Part shown: piece after piece, positions 12,600-25,828 of the stretch
Layout: each line of letters starts with the position of its first letter
How positions within the stretch are numbered: the stretch's first letter is position 1
Origin: Trichoplax sp. H2
Taxonomy: Eukaryota
Assembly (NCBI GenBank): GCA_003344405.1
Contig: NOWV01000013.1
Span: 248,001 to 312,000, forward strand
Direction of reading: 5' to 3'
DNA length: 64,000 nt
Position numbers and translations under genes: made by a program
The notes under the pieces: model-generated
Told to the model about the DNA's origin: nothing
The model's input: only the letters and a program-made list of their open reading frames with translations
Databases searched by the model: none

Positions 12600-14210
12600 A
12601 GAAAAATCTTAATAAATAACTAGGCTGTCATCAAGTATAATTCTAGTATCTCCATGGCCATTTTACTTAGTCCATCCAAAGATCATCTCGGAGGTAATAA
12701 CTGCAGTATAGATTATTAAGCTGAAAATAAGAATTAGAAAGAGTTTAATGTACAGCAAGTCTCTAAGGTTACTAATCTTAACATATCTACTATCATGATT
12801 TTTCTACTGTAAAGGTAATTTCCGAAGCTATATGCTGAGTAAATGAGATAAAGTATGCGGGAGTAAAAAGATCTTAATAACATCAAGACTTGGCTGCTTA
12901 TCTTAGAGATAAGTTTAGCCTATCTTTATTCTTTCAAAGTCACTATTAGAATAAGTAAATCTAGCAAAGTAGACTCATTGACTGGATAGAATAAGACCTC
13001 AATAAAGGACAAGATTACTGCCAAGTAATCTTAAAATCTAAATGAAACATGCTATCTATAACATATTCAAGGGCCATTTAAAAGTTGTACAAATCATCAA
13101 AATAGAAAAAAATTAAAAGAACTTAATACGCAGCAAGCATAGCAATAGAATAGTATTGTTAACGTTCAAATAACTTTGATTTTAGTACTTCGCAGATAAT
13201 CTTCGAAGCAACATACGGAGCAAATTAGGTCGAATAGGTAAGAGAATAAAGATGATGTTAATAATATCAAGACTTGGACTAGTTATCTCAGGTATCAATC
13301 TAGCATACAGTTTGTTAGCTCAAAGCTAATATTAGAATAAATAGATGGAATAATTTAAAATTATTGATTAAATGAACATAAGGCTGTCTATAATTAATCA
13401 ACAAGGTTCTTGCCAGGTAATTTTAGCATCTAAATTAGTATCTTATTGAATACCATTCTGGAACATATCAATTTAATATACGCATATTTGATATGTATTT
13501 ATTTAAACGTCTTTTCTGATATGAGCAGATGTATGCATCTGATATATATATCTATTTCATATCTATTTCAAATAGATATATATATATATATTTGTTATAC
13601 GTATGTTTGTATACATCTATTTATGACATCTTTCGATATCTTAATAAATGACAAGATCGTCACCAAGTAACCGTGACATCTAAATTAACTATTATAAATG
13701 CATTTGAAGGCTATCTTGGAAGTTTTATAGATCACAACGGCGAAGAAATGATAAAAACGGCTTAATATACTGCGAGATTATTGATAGAACAGTATTCTTA
13801 ACGTTTAAATTAACTTAATTTTAGGATTTTGCAGACAATCCTCCAAGTAATGAGCCGAGTAAAATAAAGTAGTTGGAAGTAAAAAGGTCTTCATACCAGC
13901 CATACTTGGACTACTCATGTTAGCTCTTAGCCTACTGTTAGTACAAAGCCAATATTAGAATTAATAGGCCGAGTAAAGTAGAAATATTGATTCAATAGGC
14001 AAAAAAATGATGTTGTTAAGTAATAAGATTGCTGTTAAGTAATTTTAATATCTAAATTTGCATGTTATTGGATACATTTATAAAGTTAATCTTAAAAGTA
14101 ATCAAGATCATTAAGATAAAAGAGTGATAGAGCTTCATGTGGGGCAAATGCCGATAGATTTTTAATCTTAATATTTAAGTAAACATACTTTTGACTACTT
14201 TAAAGGTATC
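12600..14210. repeat. Old degenerate tandem array, ~385 bp period, about 4 units, interrupted by an AT-rich stretch with a short (TA)n tract
   Basis: Recurrent anchors: taataa.atcaagacttgg (12875, 13259, degenerate ~13892); caaag..a.tattagaat (12935, 13321, 13944); aag.t......a.gtaa......atctaaat (13011, 13403, 13653, 14025); tagaa.agtatt.ttaacgtt (13146, 13785). Confidence 0.75.
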
Positions 14211-15478
14211 GTTAGAAGTAATACTATATAGAGTATGTGAGGGAGGAAAAGGAGCTTCAACATCATCATGATAGACTAATAATTTTAATATTGAATCAGT
14301 ATACAGAGCAATCATCCTAAGCCTATAATAATCAGGAAAATCTTTATTAATAACGAGGCTGTTCTCCATTACCTTCTAGCATAAAAATTAGCGTGTCTTA
14401 GGAGTATTCTAAGGTAACCCAAGAGTGCAACAGATCAATTAGATCGAGTAGTAAACTAGATGAAAAGGAGGAGCTTTATAAACACAGTATAGAACTTCAA
14501 ATAAACGAGAAAGAACTATATACTTTATAAAAAATAATCCACTTCATCATTCGCAAGATTATAAACTACTAATCTTATTTTAGTCCGAACAGAAATTCAA
14601 AACTAAGACCCAATGTCGAAATGTAGAGTGTTTTGATATAAGCATAAAGCGAAATAAAGTCTTAATTATGTCTATTAAAATAGGACTGTAATAAAGGAAA
14701 TCAATTTCTCATCTTAAATCAAGCCAGGAGAGAATGGTAGAGTATCATTTCAATCTTCATGTTCATTTTTGGCATAAATCAATAAAGGAACAATCAGACT
14801 TTAGACCGATATATCTGAAGATCAATAACGGCTAGAATATTTTAAATGCGATATAATATAATATAAGGCAGAGTGAGAGGGAGAGAAAATATTCTCTCCA
14901 TGTATACAGACAATGAATCAGATGATATTCATGGAGCTTTTATTTGCTTAACCTAGCAGCTTAGCCTGCACAAGATATTATATCATGACCTTGGCTGTGT
15001 AAACTAACAACAGTCAACAAAACCACCCAACCCTCTTTCTCCTCCCCTTCCAGTTCCAGGTAATGCTTCATTTAGAGAAATGATAGCTATTATCCACCAA
15101 TCCAAAGCCAATAGATTTAATAGTAGTAATTTATTAATCTTATTAATATTTAATAGGAGAAAAATAGGTTTCAGGAACAGTTTTTAATTGGTAGATAAAG
15201 CGTTGACATTAATTGAGCCAACAATAACGGGTAAATAACATGAAGGCTTCATCGTTCTTTGTTAAAATTATGACTAATTCACTACTTAAGTTATCCAAGA
15301 TTGGATTATTATCGATATCCTACTGTTGATGGATAGAAGATTTACAATATTCAATTTATCATAGCAACACGCCCAAGCTATAGAATAATCATCATTAGTA
15401 GCAACTCTAATTCTGTTTAAAAGATTACCAATAGCTCGCTTTATCCTATGATTTCATTCGTAAAGAATCAATGTAAAA

Positions 15479-18400
15479 ATGGAAGAGAAAAATGGTGAAA
15501 AAATGGTTGAAATTCGCCAAAGACGGAAAGTTGGATTATCGATATTTGGAGGGAAAAGCTTAGAAGAGCAATTGCCAGTCATTAAAACTCGATTTTTCCA
15601 AATTGGACGTGATCTTGGAGGATCAAGCCATCATCATCAATATACTAAGAAAGAAAAAGAATTATTATCAAGATACAGTAGTGCTGATTATTTCCCACCT
15701 CATAGTCAAGTTTATAAGGTATCTGTAATGCAATTAATTTCATTTCCAAGCTATATTTGATATTGATTCCTCATTGAAATTATTGTCAAGATACAGTAGT
15801 CCTAATTATTTCCCCACATATAGTCAAGTTTATAATGTATCTCCAATACAAACTATTCTATTTCCGAGTTATTCTTTTACATTGATCCTTGATCGAGAAT
15901 ATTTGTCAAGATCCAGTAGTACTGATTATTTCTCACCTTATAGTCAAGTTTATAAAGTATCTCCAATGCTAGTTATTTTATTTCCAACTCATTTTTTATA
16001 CCGATTCTTGATCAAGAATTGTTGTCAAGATACAATGGTATTGATTACTCTACACCTAAAAGCTAAGTTTATAAAGTGTCTCCAATTCAAATTTACATTG
16101 ATCCTTGATCAAAAATTGTTGTCAAGATACAGTAACGCTTATTACAGTAACGATTATTTCCCACCTCATAGCCAAGTTTATCAAGTATCAGCGATACAAA
16201 TTATTTTATTTCCAAGCCATTATTACATTGATTCTAGATCAAGAATTGTTGTCAAGATACAGTAGCGCTGACTATTTCCCACCATGTAGTCAAGTCTTTA
16301 AACTATCGGCAATGTAAATTGTTTTAATTCCAAGCCATTTTTACATTGATTCTCGATCAAGAATTGTTGTCAAGATACAGTAGCGCTGACTATTTCCTAC
16401 TTCATAGTCAAGTTTATAAGGTATCTCCAATGCAAATTATTTATTTCCAAGCCACTTTTGACATTGATTCTTCATTCTTATTTTACTCAACTTTAAAATT
16501 AGTATTAGCGATTACATTCAAAAACGTTGTATTCAATGTATGAAGTAAATGGATCGTTTTTACTGTCATTGACATTGGAGAGTTTAAGCCCTGCGTATCT
16601 TTAGGCAAGAGTAATAAAAATGGTATTTCAACCTTCATTTTATACACTTCTATAAATAGCATTGGTTGCTCAAACATGCTCGCAACTTAGACTGGGATCG
16701 ATGGCTAATGATGGGAATCATTGGGCTCTGTGTTGGTTTGGTTGGCTTCTTTATGCACCAATTTATTAAGCTGATTGCTGAGTAAGAAAATAGTAACGTC
16801 CATGACGATGATAATGTGTCTATAATTTGTCGACGATAGAATTGATAGGAATGCATAATCCAACATTTTTTCTCTTTCTCTCTTGCTCATCTTTCACTCC
16901 TTATCCCGTATGAATTAGAGCACGATGGGATGTTGCATACCTTCATGTTGCTGTAAGTAGATCTATATCTTTTATTATTATCCTCAATTAAAACTCTATT
17001 AAAACTTATACAGTATATGAAAGCAACTATTCTTACTAATTTTGAATTCCAACTTTCAATTTGCGATCATTTATTGATTTATAGTCCTGCTATCCACATT
17101 TTACTTTTTCTAGTCTGGTAATCATGCAACCGCTCTAGGTTGGATTGCACTTATCAGCATCCTGTTAGCGTTAACATCAGGAGCTCTAACAGTAGTAAGT
17201 GCTCATGAATATCCATTTAAAATGCAATCCAATTAACAACATCTTATTCTCTAACTTCTCTCTCATTCAATTGATGCTATTCTTAGCTTTTTTGTTTTCC
17301 GGCTGCTGGTTCCGGCTTGCCGGAATTAATTGGCTACTTAAATGGCACCATTATTCCGGAAATATTTGGATTGAAAACATTTTTTGTTAAATTTGCATCA
17401 TGTGTATGTGCCGTAGGCTCTGGTCTACCTGTCGGTCCTGAAGGTCCAATGATTAGCTTAGGGTAAACTTTTTAGATTGCATTGAGATTTTAATTCCATT
17501 TTTATTCTTGACTTGCACACCTTTGATATTATCAAACGTGGATTGATACTCGTATAGTAAATTTTTGCCATCTAGTTGTCAATCGCTGCAGAAAAAAAAG
17601 TGATTGATGATAATGAAATTCGATCGTTTCACTGTCAATCAGCAAGGAAAAGTTTTCTTGCTATAGCCAATTTTTATCATATTATGAATCCATCAAAGAA
17701 AAGTTGATGACAGTTGATTTTATCTTACCGTGAATATCTTAACCGAATAGTGATGATTCTCTCAATTTTACACGTAGAGGGCTAATCGGTTTAGGAGTTA
17801 GCCAAGGCAGATCGAAATTTTTCGGCCGCTTCTTACCGTTCGGACGATTTGAGAATCCTGAAGACAGGTACAACTCTTAATCTTGCCATTGACTAGAGCA
17901 ACAGCTTTCGTTGAGTTGCTCATTTATAGGAGTTTAAACTCTTTAAGCTGTCTCTAATCAAATAAAAAGCATGTCTATAATATATAGCTAAATAAAATTA
18001 CATCTTTAGCTATCATCATTATAAAAAATGCTCATACGTATCATAAATATATATTAGTATACTATAGAAGTCAATCCTACTATCATAGCAACGTAAAGGG
18101 AACTACAATAGCTTTCGCCATTCTATTTCAATCTGAATGTTGATAGAATTGAATTTGAAGTATTTCTTTACTAACTATCAAAATCCAATAATTCCCTACA
18201 CTGCTATAGAGTTACTCTATCGATATATTATAAGAACTACAATATTCATGATAATCGACAATAACATCGATAGATAATTATTACCTCCATCTCTGGACTC
18301 AGAAATGAATAAATATCTCATATTAAAATACAGTGGCGAAACAGCTATTATCATAAAACTTATAACTAATCATTATATCTTGTAGTCTATTAATTTTTAT

Positions 18401-21400
18401 GAAATATTACCCAATTCTAGGAGAAACTTTGTTAGTGCTGGAGCAGGTGCTGGTGTAGCAGCAGCTTTTGGTGCACCAGTTGGAGGTTTACTCTTTGCTA
18501 TGGAAGAAGTCGCATCATTTTGGAGTATAAAACATGGCTGGATGACATTTTTCTGTTGCATGACCTCTACATTTATTACGGTATGCAATGAAAACTCTTC
18601 TATTCACATCTATATGAGTAAAAAGGAGCAGATATTATTCTCTAGCAGTTATATTATTTAATAATTTGTCAGTAGTCCCCTATTCAAATCTATACGGTCT
18701 TCATAATAAGGAGTAAATATTATTCTCTACTGGTTATATTATCGAATGATTTTGTCTATCCGATCATCTTCCTTTTACTTTTTGAAATCATGCTACTTAG
18801 GATCTTTTCAATTCAGCTTTTTCGGGTTTCCAATATAGCGGCGATTTTGGACAGTTTAAACCAAGGCGTTATATCTTATTTGAGGTTGAATTATTTAATA
18901 ATATTATTGAGCGTTAACTATTATTAAGAAACCCCCATACCGATATTGATCACTATCAATACAGTCCTATTAAAGAGTGAGAAAAGTATTTTAAACGAGT
19001 AATAAAATTTACTTAGGTAACACGAGAAATCCCAGTTAATATCTTAGCATTTTTACCGGCTATTATCATTGGTATTATTGGGGGTTTTCTTGGCGCATTA
19101 TTTACCTTCCTTAATCTAAAGGTATTTTTAATTTTAAAGCACTAAACGCTCATTATCACTATTCAATGGAAGATGAGTCTCCAAAGAATCAATTTATTTT
19201 CTTTTGCTAGTTTGCTCGTGCTCGACTCTATGTAGTTAATCTTTTTAAAAGTACATGGGCTAAGAAATTGGTCCGAATTTTAGAACCGACAATTATCATG
19301 GTAAGTTGCTCTGTCTTTTGGTCTTTATAAATATAATGTAATTAGAAACAAATAATTGAGTTTGAATTAATTTTTGTCTATCTTCAAAATTAAAATTAGA
19401 CCTAAAATAGCTATATACCAATGTTAGCTGAACAAAGTATTATCTCTATCTATATTTTCATTTTCTATCATTAGACCATCATGGCGGTTATGTCGGTATA
19501 TCTTCCATCAGCATTCCCCTGCACACCATTTCAATGCGTTTCTTCAGTCAGAAATAATTCTTACTTTGGCCCTCTTTGTGAAAGTGGTAGCCAATATAAA
19601 ATTCGTACTGAAGACGAAGTTATACGCTATCAATGCCCAGAAGGAACAGTTATCAATATGTCTTCAACTAAAGTCTATAATAACAACAGTTATAATCAAG
19701 GTATTCAAGCTAAATATTTAAAGTGATCAAATGAGATATTCTAGGCAAATAGAGAGAGACACCATAATATAGTTAAGATATAGATAAAGCTCAAAATATA
19801 CTCTACTACTATTTCATTAAACCATTTATCATGGAGAATTTTGGTTTGTAGTTATATCATATTCTGCATTACTACAGCTTTTCTTACTCACTTATACATC
19901 AATTTACTTTCCGAAACGATATCGACCATCAAATTTAGATCATATCTTGCGTTATTTTTATCCAACTTATACACCTATCCTAGTAGTATTTAAAATCATG
20001 ATAGATATATTCAGTAAGTAGGCATAGTTTACAAGTAACTTTTATACATGCTTACAATAACTTTAGAAAACAGCAAATAATTTCCAATAAACGATGTATT
20101 CAATGCAGTAGATATCTTAAGCTCAAGATAGGCTATATTGCTATCTTATTAAACAATTAATTATGAAAAATTTAAGTTTATTATCGTATCTTGTTCTATA
20201 TTACTAGAGCTATTCTTGTTCACTTATACATATATGATTAATCATTATCAATCTATTTAATGACACTCATGATATACTGTATTTTACTTTCCTAAACAAC
20301 ATTGATCATCGAATTCAGATCATTTCTTGTGCTATTTTTATTCACTTACGCAACTACTATAATTATCAATCCATTCTAGTGGCAACATTAATTACACAAC
20401 AAGGAGAAGAAGCAATCCATCGCCTCTTTTCTCGTCAGACTTACTACCAATTCGATTACGTGTAAGAATTTAAAAATGTATAAGTATACTCGTATACAAT
20501 TAATTAAAAATAATATGTTAATGAACAAATCCACTACTTTTGCCAATTCACTAGGCCTTTGCTTGTTGTCCTGGGACCTTATTTCATTTTGGCTTGTTGG
20601 TCCGCTGGCACAGCTGTTGCATCTGGATTGGTCGTACCCATGCTGTAAGATTACTTACTTGAAATAAATCAATTTAGCCCCAATTTAATCTTAAATCCCT
20701 ATTTCATTATCAAAATAATCGATTACTGTAGCTTGATTAATGAAATAAACAAGAAATAACGAATGCTAAAAAATCGTTTTCTATATGCTACTTTATAAAA
20801 AAATGAAGCACCGTAAACTCAATATGCTATACCACCTTGATTAATGATGATGATTTACGATTCCTATCTTGATATTCCTATACCTTTCAATAATTATAGG
20901 TTTATTGGTGCTTTATACGGCCGAATTATAGGATTATCTTTAGTATCTCTATTTGGTGTCCATCAATCAGGTAACGCGATAGAAACCCTCGCATTTTATA
21001 TATGCCACAAATCCGGAAGGAAAGTTAATTTGTCTAGGATTCGTAATTTGCTCAATGCTCGTGAATACTATAAGATTCAAAATTCTTAATATTGATCAGC
21101 TATTTCTTATATTAGTTTGCACCTAGTCCTATACTTATTTGTTTTATTATCGTATCTTAAATTAACAATTCTTAATTATCATTGAAAGGATACTGGGCAT
21201 GGATGGATCCTGGTGCATTTGCTTTAGTCGGTGCTGCTTCCTTCTTCGGAGGTGTTTCTCGGTTAACAATGTCTCTAACTGTGATTATGGTATTGCTGGA
21301 TATTACGAAATTAAATAACTAATATCGCCACGTTAAACTTTGTCCCAAGTATAGAAGCCGCAATTATAAGTAGAATTCTCACTTTAGAAATCAACATGAG

Positions 21401-23294
21401 TAAATTAGAACCGTTAGTTATATGTTCTATTTACAAGTATCGATCTCATAATTTCTTATTCTATTACACTATCAACTCCATTGAACTAGTATCATAAGAT
21501 TCTCTAAACTCAATTTTCGTGCCTAATTCTCTTTTAAAACTATTGAATATGTATAGATGGAAATCACCAATGATGTCCAATTTTTATTAGTCATCATGAC
21601 CAGTATCTTGGTCGCAAAGTTAATTGGAGATTACCTAACTCATTCGCTATATCATTCCTTACTGGAATTGAAGTGTATTCCATTCCTTGATCATTCTCCA
21701 TCATCCTTAAACCATCATCAGTAGTAAGTTTATTACTAAAATCCTTAGACATTTTAGAATAGTTTGTTTAGAACTAATTGTATTTATTGACATGATGACT
21801 AGCCCGAATCATGAATTTTATACGATAGGCGATATCATGACCCGTGATCCACAGGTAACAAAGTGTTCAATTTATATACATATATGTATATTTATTGAGA
21901 ATATCTGATTTTTTAAAATCCTTTTAAGTATCACTAGATAGAGTGATCTCCCATCAATCACTAGATTATAAAGATATTTAGTCAAAATGATGAAAGAGAT
22001 TCATATCAAAGATGATTTTTATGCTATAATTATATAGTGTTTGCAAGAGAGAACGTCAGTTCGTGATCTAGCCAAATTATTAGTCAATAACGATCATCAT
22101 GCTGGTTATCCAGTTGTGACAAAATCCAAAAGACATGATGAACAAATCTTTCTTGGATTAATTACGGAACAAGAGCTTTATGGCCTATTTTCAACTAGTA
22201 AAGATATTTTTATAGGACCCGATGATGATGGTTCCAAGACACCAACAGCTTCGTATGATGTAGTAAGTTAAATGACATTTACATGATCCTTTCTATCTAC
22301 TATTCCATTTTCTATTAAGAACGTTGACTAAGACTAATTCCTTGATACCTAAATTATAGATTGAATTAAAGTTTCATAATTTCTTTAGCTTGAAGATGTA
22401 AAACATTAAATATTGAATATTAAACCAATCAACAATATCATTAATGATACCATTTTTTGCTTTTTGCAATTTCTCTGCAATATTAGTTGCGAGATGTGAA
22501 ATACAGTGATGATTTAGCAATTGATATCAAAAGATACGCTAGCGAGGAAGAATACGATCAGAAATTTGTCGATTTAAGACCCTATATAAACAAATCCTCC
22601 TTTTCTATTCCCGTATCATTCTCTCTTCGCCGTTGTTATATTCTATTTCGAACGATGGGCTTAAGACATTTAGCAGTGGTCGACGAAGATAATCGGTAAT
22701 GCTATAATGTTTGAAAGATGAACTATTCCTCGATATCTCCAGCATTTTAGTAGCATTTTAATTCTTTTAGATCTCGATTACTACAATCAGTTTATCTTGC
22801 ACTGTTATAATATCTACGTTGACTTTAATGATAGAAGAAGGCTATGTAGAATTAGTCTTAAACTTTTTATTCGATTTTGTTTACGTTGTTACCCAATATA
22901 CAATATCTATCCTAGATTAAGATGAGGTTAGCCTTTAAAAATCTTGCTGTCCTCAATCTGATCTACCTAGTATTGAAATACAAAGCTGTTAATTTAATCT
23001 TTTAAGCACATAAATTGGCTATTGCACCCTTAATCATAGATATACTGTACTGTAGACTGAATTCATTATCATGATATCCACATCGACCCTATAGTAAATC
23101 CAAATAAATTATTCAATACGATCGTATATGATTCTATTTACATTTACATTCATTCTCTTCTTAATTACTGTAGATGTGTTGGCATAGTTACTAGGAAAGA
23201 TCTAATGGGATTTCATATAGATGAAAAAATTAGAGCTAAAGAAGAGCAAAAAGAAGAAGAAGAATTAACACCGATATCTACAGCAGCTTTTTAA
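15479..23294 (+). CDS. CLC-family chloride/proton exchanger with CBS domains, paralog B. 20 coding exons: 15479-15718, 16660-16781, 16919-16952, 17114-17194, 17287-17462, 17778-17867, 18421-18580, 18801-18884, 19017-19121, 19211-19300, 19475-19700, 20380-20461, 20555-20644, 20900-20970, 21189-21289, 21557-21723, 21803-21854, 22038-22262, 22487-22695, 23174-23294
   Basis: The hand-spliced ORF is intact and exon-by-exon homologous to paralog A (for example the 122, 34, 81 and 176 nt exons). Motifs: [66 protein letters not shown]. Stop TAA is at 23292-23294. Confidence 0.93.
15655..16475 (+). repeat. Tandem array of 7 x ~119 bp units derived from the 3' end of CLC-B coding exon 1 plus its splice donor and the first ~55 nt of intron
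   Basis: Approximate consensus caagaattgttgtcaagatacagtagcgctgattatttcccacctcatagtcaagtttataag|gtatctccaatgcaaattattttatttccaagccatttttacattgattcttgat. Units start at ~15655, 15775, 15894, 16013, 16110, 16240 and 16358. The ORF track shows repeated [20 protein letters not shown] peptides. Confidence 0.95.
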
Positions 23295-23927
23295 ATCAAT
23301 TTTGTTACGCATTTTGTGTGACAATTTTCTTATCCAGAAACATTTAAATTACCCAATCGTCTTTAATTAACAACATGATATAATCGATGACTGAATGGCT
23401 GTTAATAACGATGTTTTATTACTTTAATTCTAGAATTAATTACGGTTGGTGTTAGCATAATAAATCAGCAGGGATATAGTTGATTTATTATGATTCCTTT
23501 GTTTGTGTGACGATCACTGTGACCATTATTTTGGTAATATTTTAGCTTTGCCTAACGAAATCAGTTTTTTTAATACTTCAGAAAGATGGATTTATGAGTA
23601 AAGCTTAATGCTTCGAAATTTGTATGATAAACACTTATTGAGCTAGTATAGTAGATGTATGCTTAAATATATAACTTTGTACAATTTTGAAATAAAATAT
23701 TGTAGTTTTAACTTGCACTATTTATGGTAGCGATGAAGAACTCTTTTGCTTTCTTTCCCCTTTCACAAGGAATATTGCTACTATTTTATAGCATTGTGGC
23801 TTTAGCACCGTAGCTACTGTAGTACAAAACCTGTTGATATGATTGCACAGCAATTTAGCAGTTTACTTTCTGATTAATCCATGCTCATACGAGTGATTCG
23901 AGTAATTCATGAAATGAACTACTGAAA

Positions 23928-24405
23928 TGAATTATTCATTGATTTATTAATGTAAGGCTGCAAAGTATTGATTTAACATAATAAAATAGAATACGTACGT
24001 GCTTACGTGTATTTACTAAGGTAGCTGTTTTTCCTTCATGAACAGCCACCAATAATGCTCATCATTTCGTGGAATTACTCATTACTCAGTTAATTTAAGG
24101 CTGCAAATGCTAATTTAGCGTAATAAAAATTTATAGAACGTTTAAATTTGCTTCTACTCGTACTTAGCTAGAGTAGCCTTTTCCTTCATGAACAGCCTCT
24201 TACGATGCTCATCATTTCATGAAATTACTCATTGCTTAGTTAATTTAAGGCATCAAATTTTGACTTGATTTATAGAGCGCGTATGTCTGCTTATACTTAC
24301 CAAAGTAGCAGTTTTCCCTTATGAACAGCCTCTAGCAACATTCATCATTTCATGAAATTTATTCATTTGCCTAATTAATTCATGGCTACAAAAGAGCTGA
24401 ACTAA
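23928..24405. repeat. Tandem repeat, ~130-150 bp unit, about 3.5 copies
   Basis: gtagc..ttttcc.t.atgaacagcc starts at ~24021, ~24173 and ~24305. Each is followed by tcatcatttc.tg.aatt..tcatt and ttaatt.a.ggc. Confidence 0.85.
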
Positions 24406-25828
24406 TTATTTAATAGAGTAATAAAAGATCACAAAATACTGTACCGGGCCGTTGCTAAATGAAGGTCACACCAGAAAGCAGATTTTTGATAGTCTCTACT
24501 TGCTAACCAAGCTCATTATTTCAAGAATAACTGGCGTAGATTAAGAATTTAATGAAAGAAATAGCGGCACCCCTAACAAGGCAAATATTTTTAGAGTTAC
24601 TTGGCCATAGCATAACAGCGTGCAGGCGTGTACCGTAGCAGTAGTACTATAAAATCCCCACTGTTAAGAGTGGAACCCTATCGCTATTTTCACTTATGTA
24701 ATCTTCAAGGTACTCTTATGATAGTGGCTATAATATCTACGTATGGTTTTATTTCTCTACACAGTACAGTAAGACAATATTTAATCTTCTCATCTACAAT
24801 TAAAATAATCAATTGCCACTACTACTTGGAGATCATCAAAAGAAAGAGAAAGTAAAGCTACCAGTCAAAATTCGATACAAATTTGCTGATTATCTCTGAA
24901 ATTACTTAAACCACATCATCAATTTCTTAAATTCATTTTCTTGTTATGAAGTTATTGAAAAGGCTGGAAATAAAATCTCTCTTGCGCTAAAGACTTTGGA
25001 AAGTATTGCCTGAGCGGTGCTTAATTCGTGGCAACAAAAATCAAAAGCGATATTATTAGAGCAAGTGCCAAAATTGATTGCTCTCAATATGGATAAATCA
25101 AAAGAAAAAGGAGGAAATCTGACTTGTATACTCTAATTTCATCTACATTGATCCATTGGAAAATTGCGCGATATTGTGGGTAACAAAATATCGCGTCCAT
25201 AGTCAAGTTTTCAGTGAAAAATCAAGACATTTAATTTTAGCTATCTCTCTCTCTGTCTATCCATGCTCTTAAACGATTCATATGCTAGCCTTAATTCGGT
25301 TATTCTATAGAGCTTTCTCTTCGTAACACGATCATAAACAGTTGTATGACATTAAGAGTACAGTATGGCACACTCTACTGTCCTATCGAAGCGAGTGCTA
25401 TAATGCCAGTACGGTAGCCTATTGGCCATAGAAATCCTTGCTATATCAAGAGCGACTTAGTCTTTGGCCTAAATTAGTTTTCAAATTGGCTGGCCAAATT
25501 GCACATCTTCTCATTCAACAGTCCAATTATTCATCTAAATCACTCTTTCTTGATCTATTTGAGCTATTAAAGTCTTCATGATCAACTGAAAGGTAACACA
25601 TTATCAACATGCTCGTTACAAATGTAAATCTTATTGCTTTTCAACACCATTTGTGGAAGATTTATCCCACATCTGTTGCGATCTCTTGAACTCACTTCTA
25701 ATAGAATTAATTAATTAGAAGTAGAAATTGAACTTATATCAATAAACATCCGAGTACATATATGCAAGTATTGAGTAGAAGCTCTATTTCAGTAGATTGA
25801 ATATTAACGTAACGTATTAGTAATCATG

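Noticed and set aside
14175..14375. 64-aa minus-strand ORF preceded by an acceptor-like ctaat...gctag
   Set aside because: No recognisable domain and no partner exons found; it runs into the degenerate repeat array.
15655..16475. CRISPR-like regular repeat
   Set aside because: Whole units are homologous with no unique spacers, the context is a eukaryotic intron, and there are no cas genes.
15774..16543. ORFs of 163, 70 and 65 aa with repeated [11 protein letters not shown] peptides
   Set aside because: They are by-products of the intronic 119-bp array. Frames shift between units and the starts are non-ATG.
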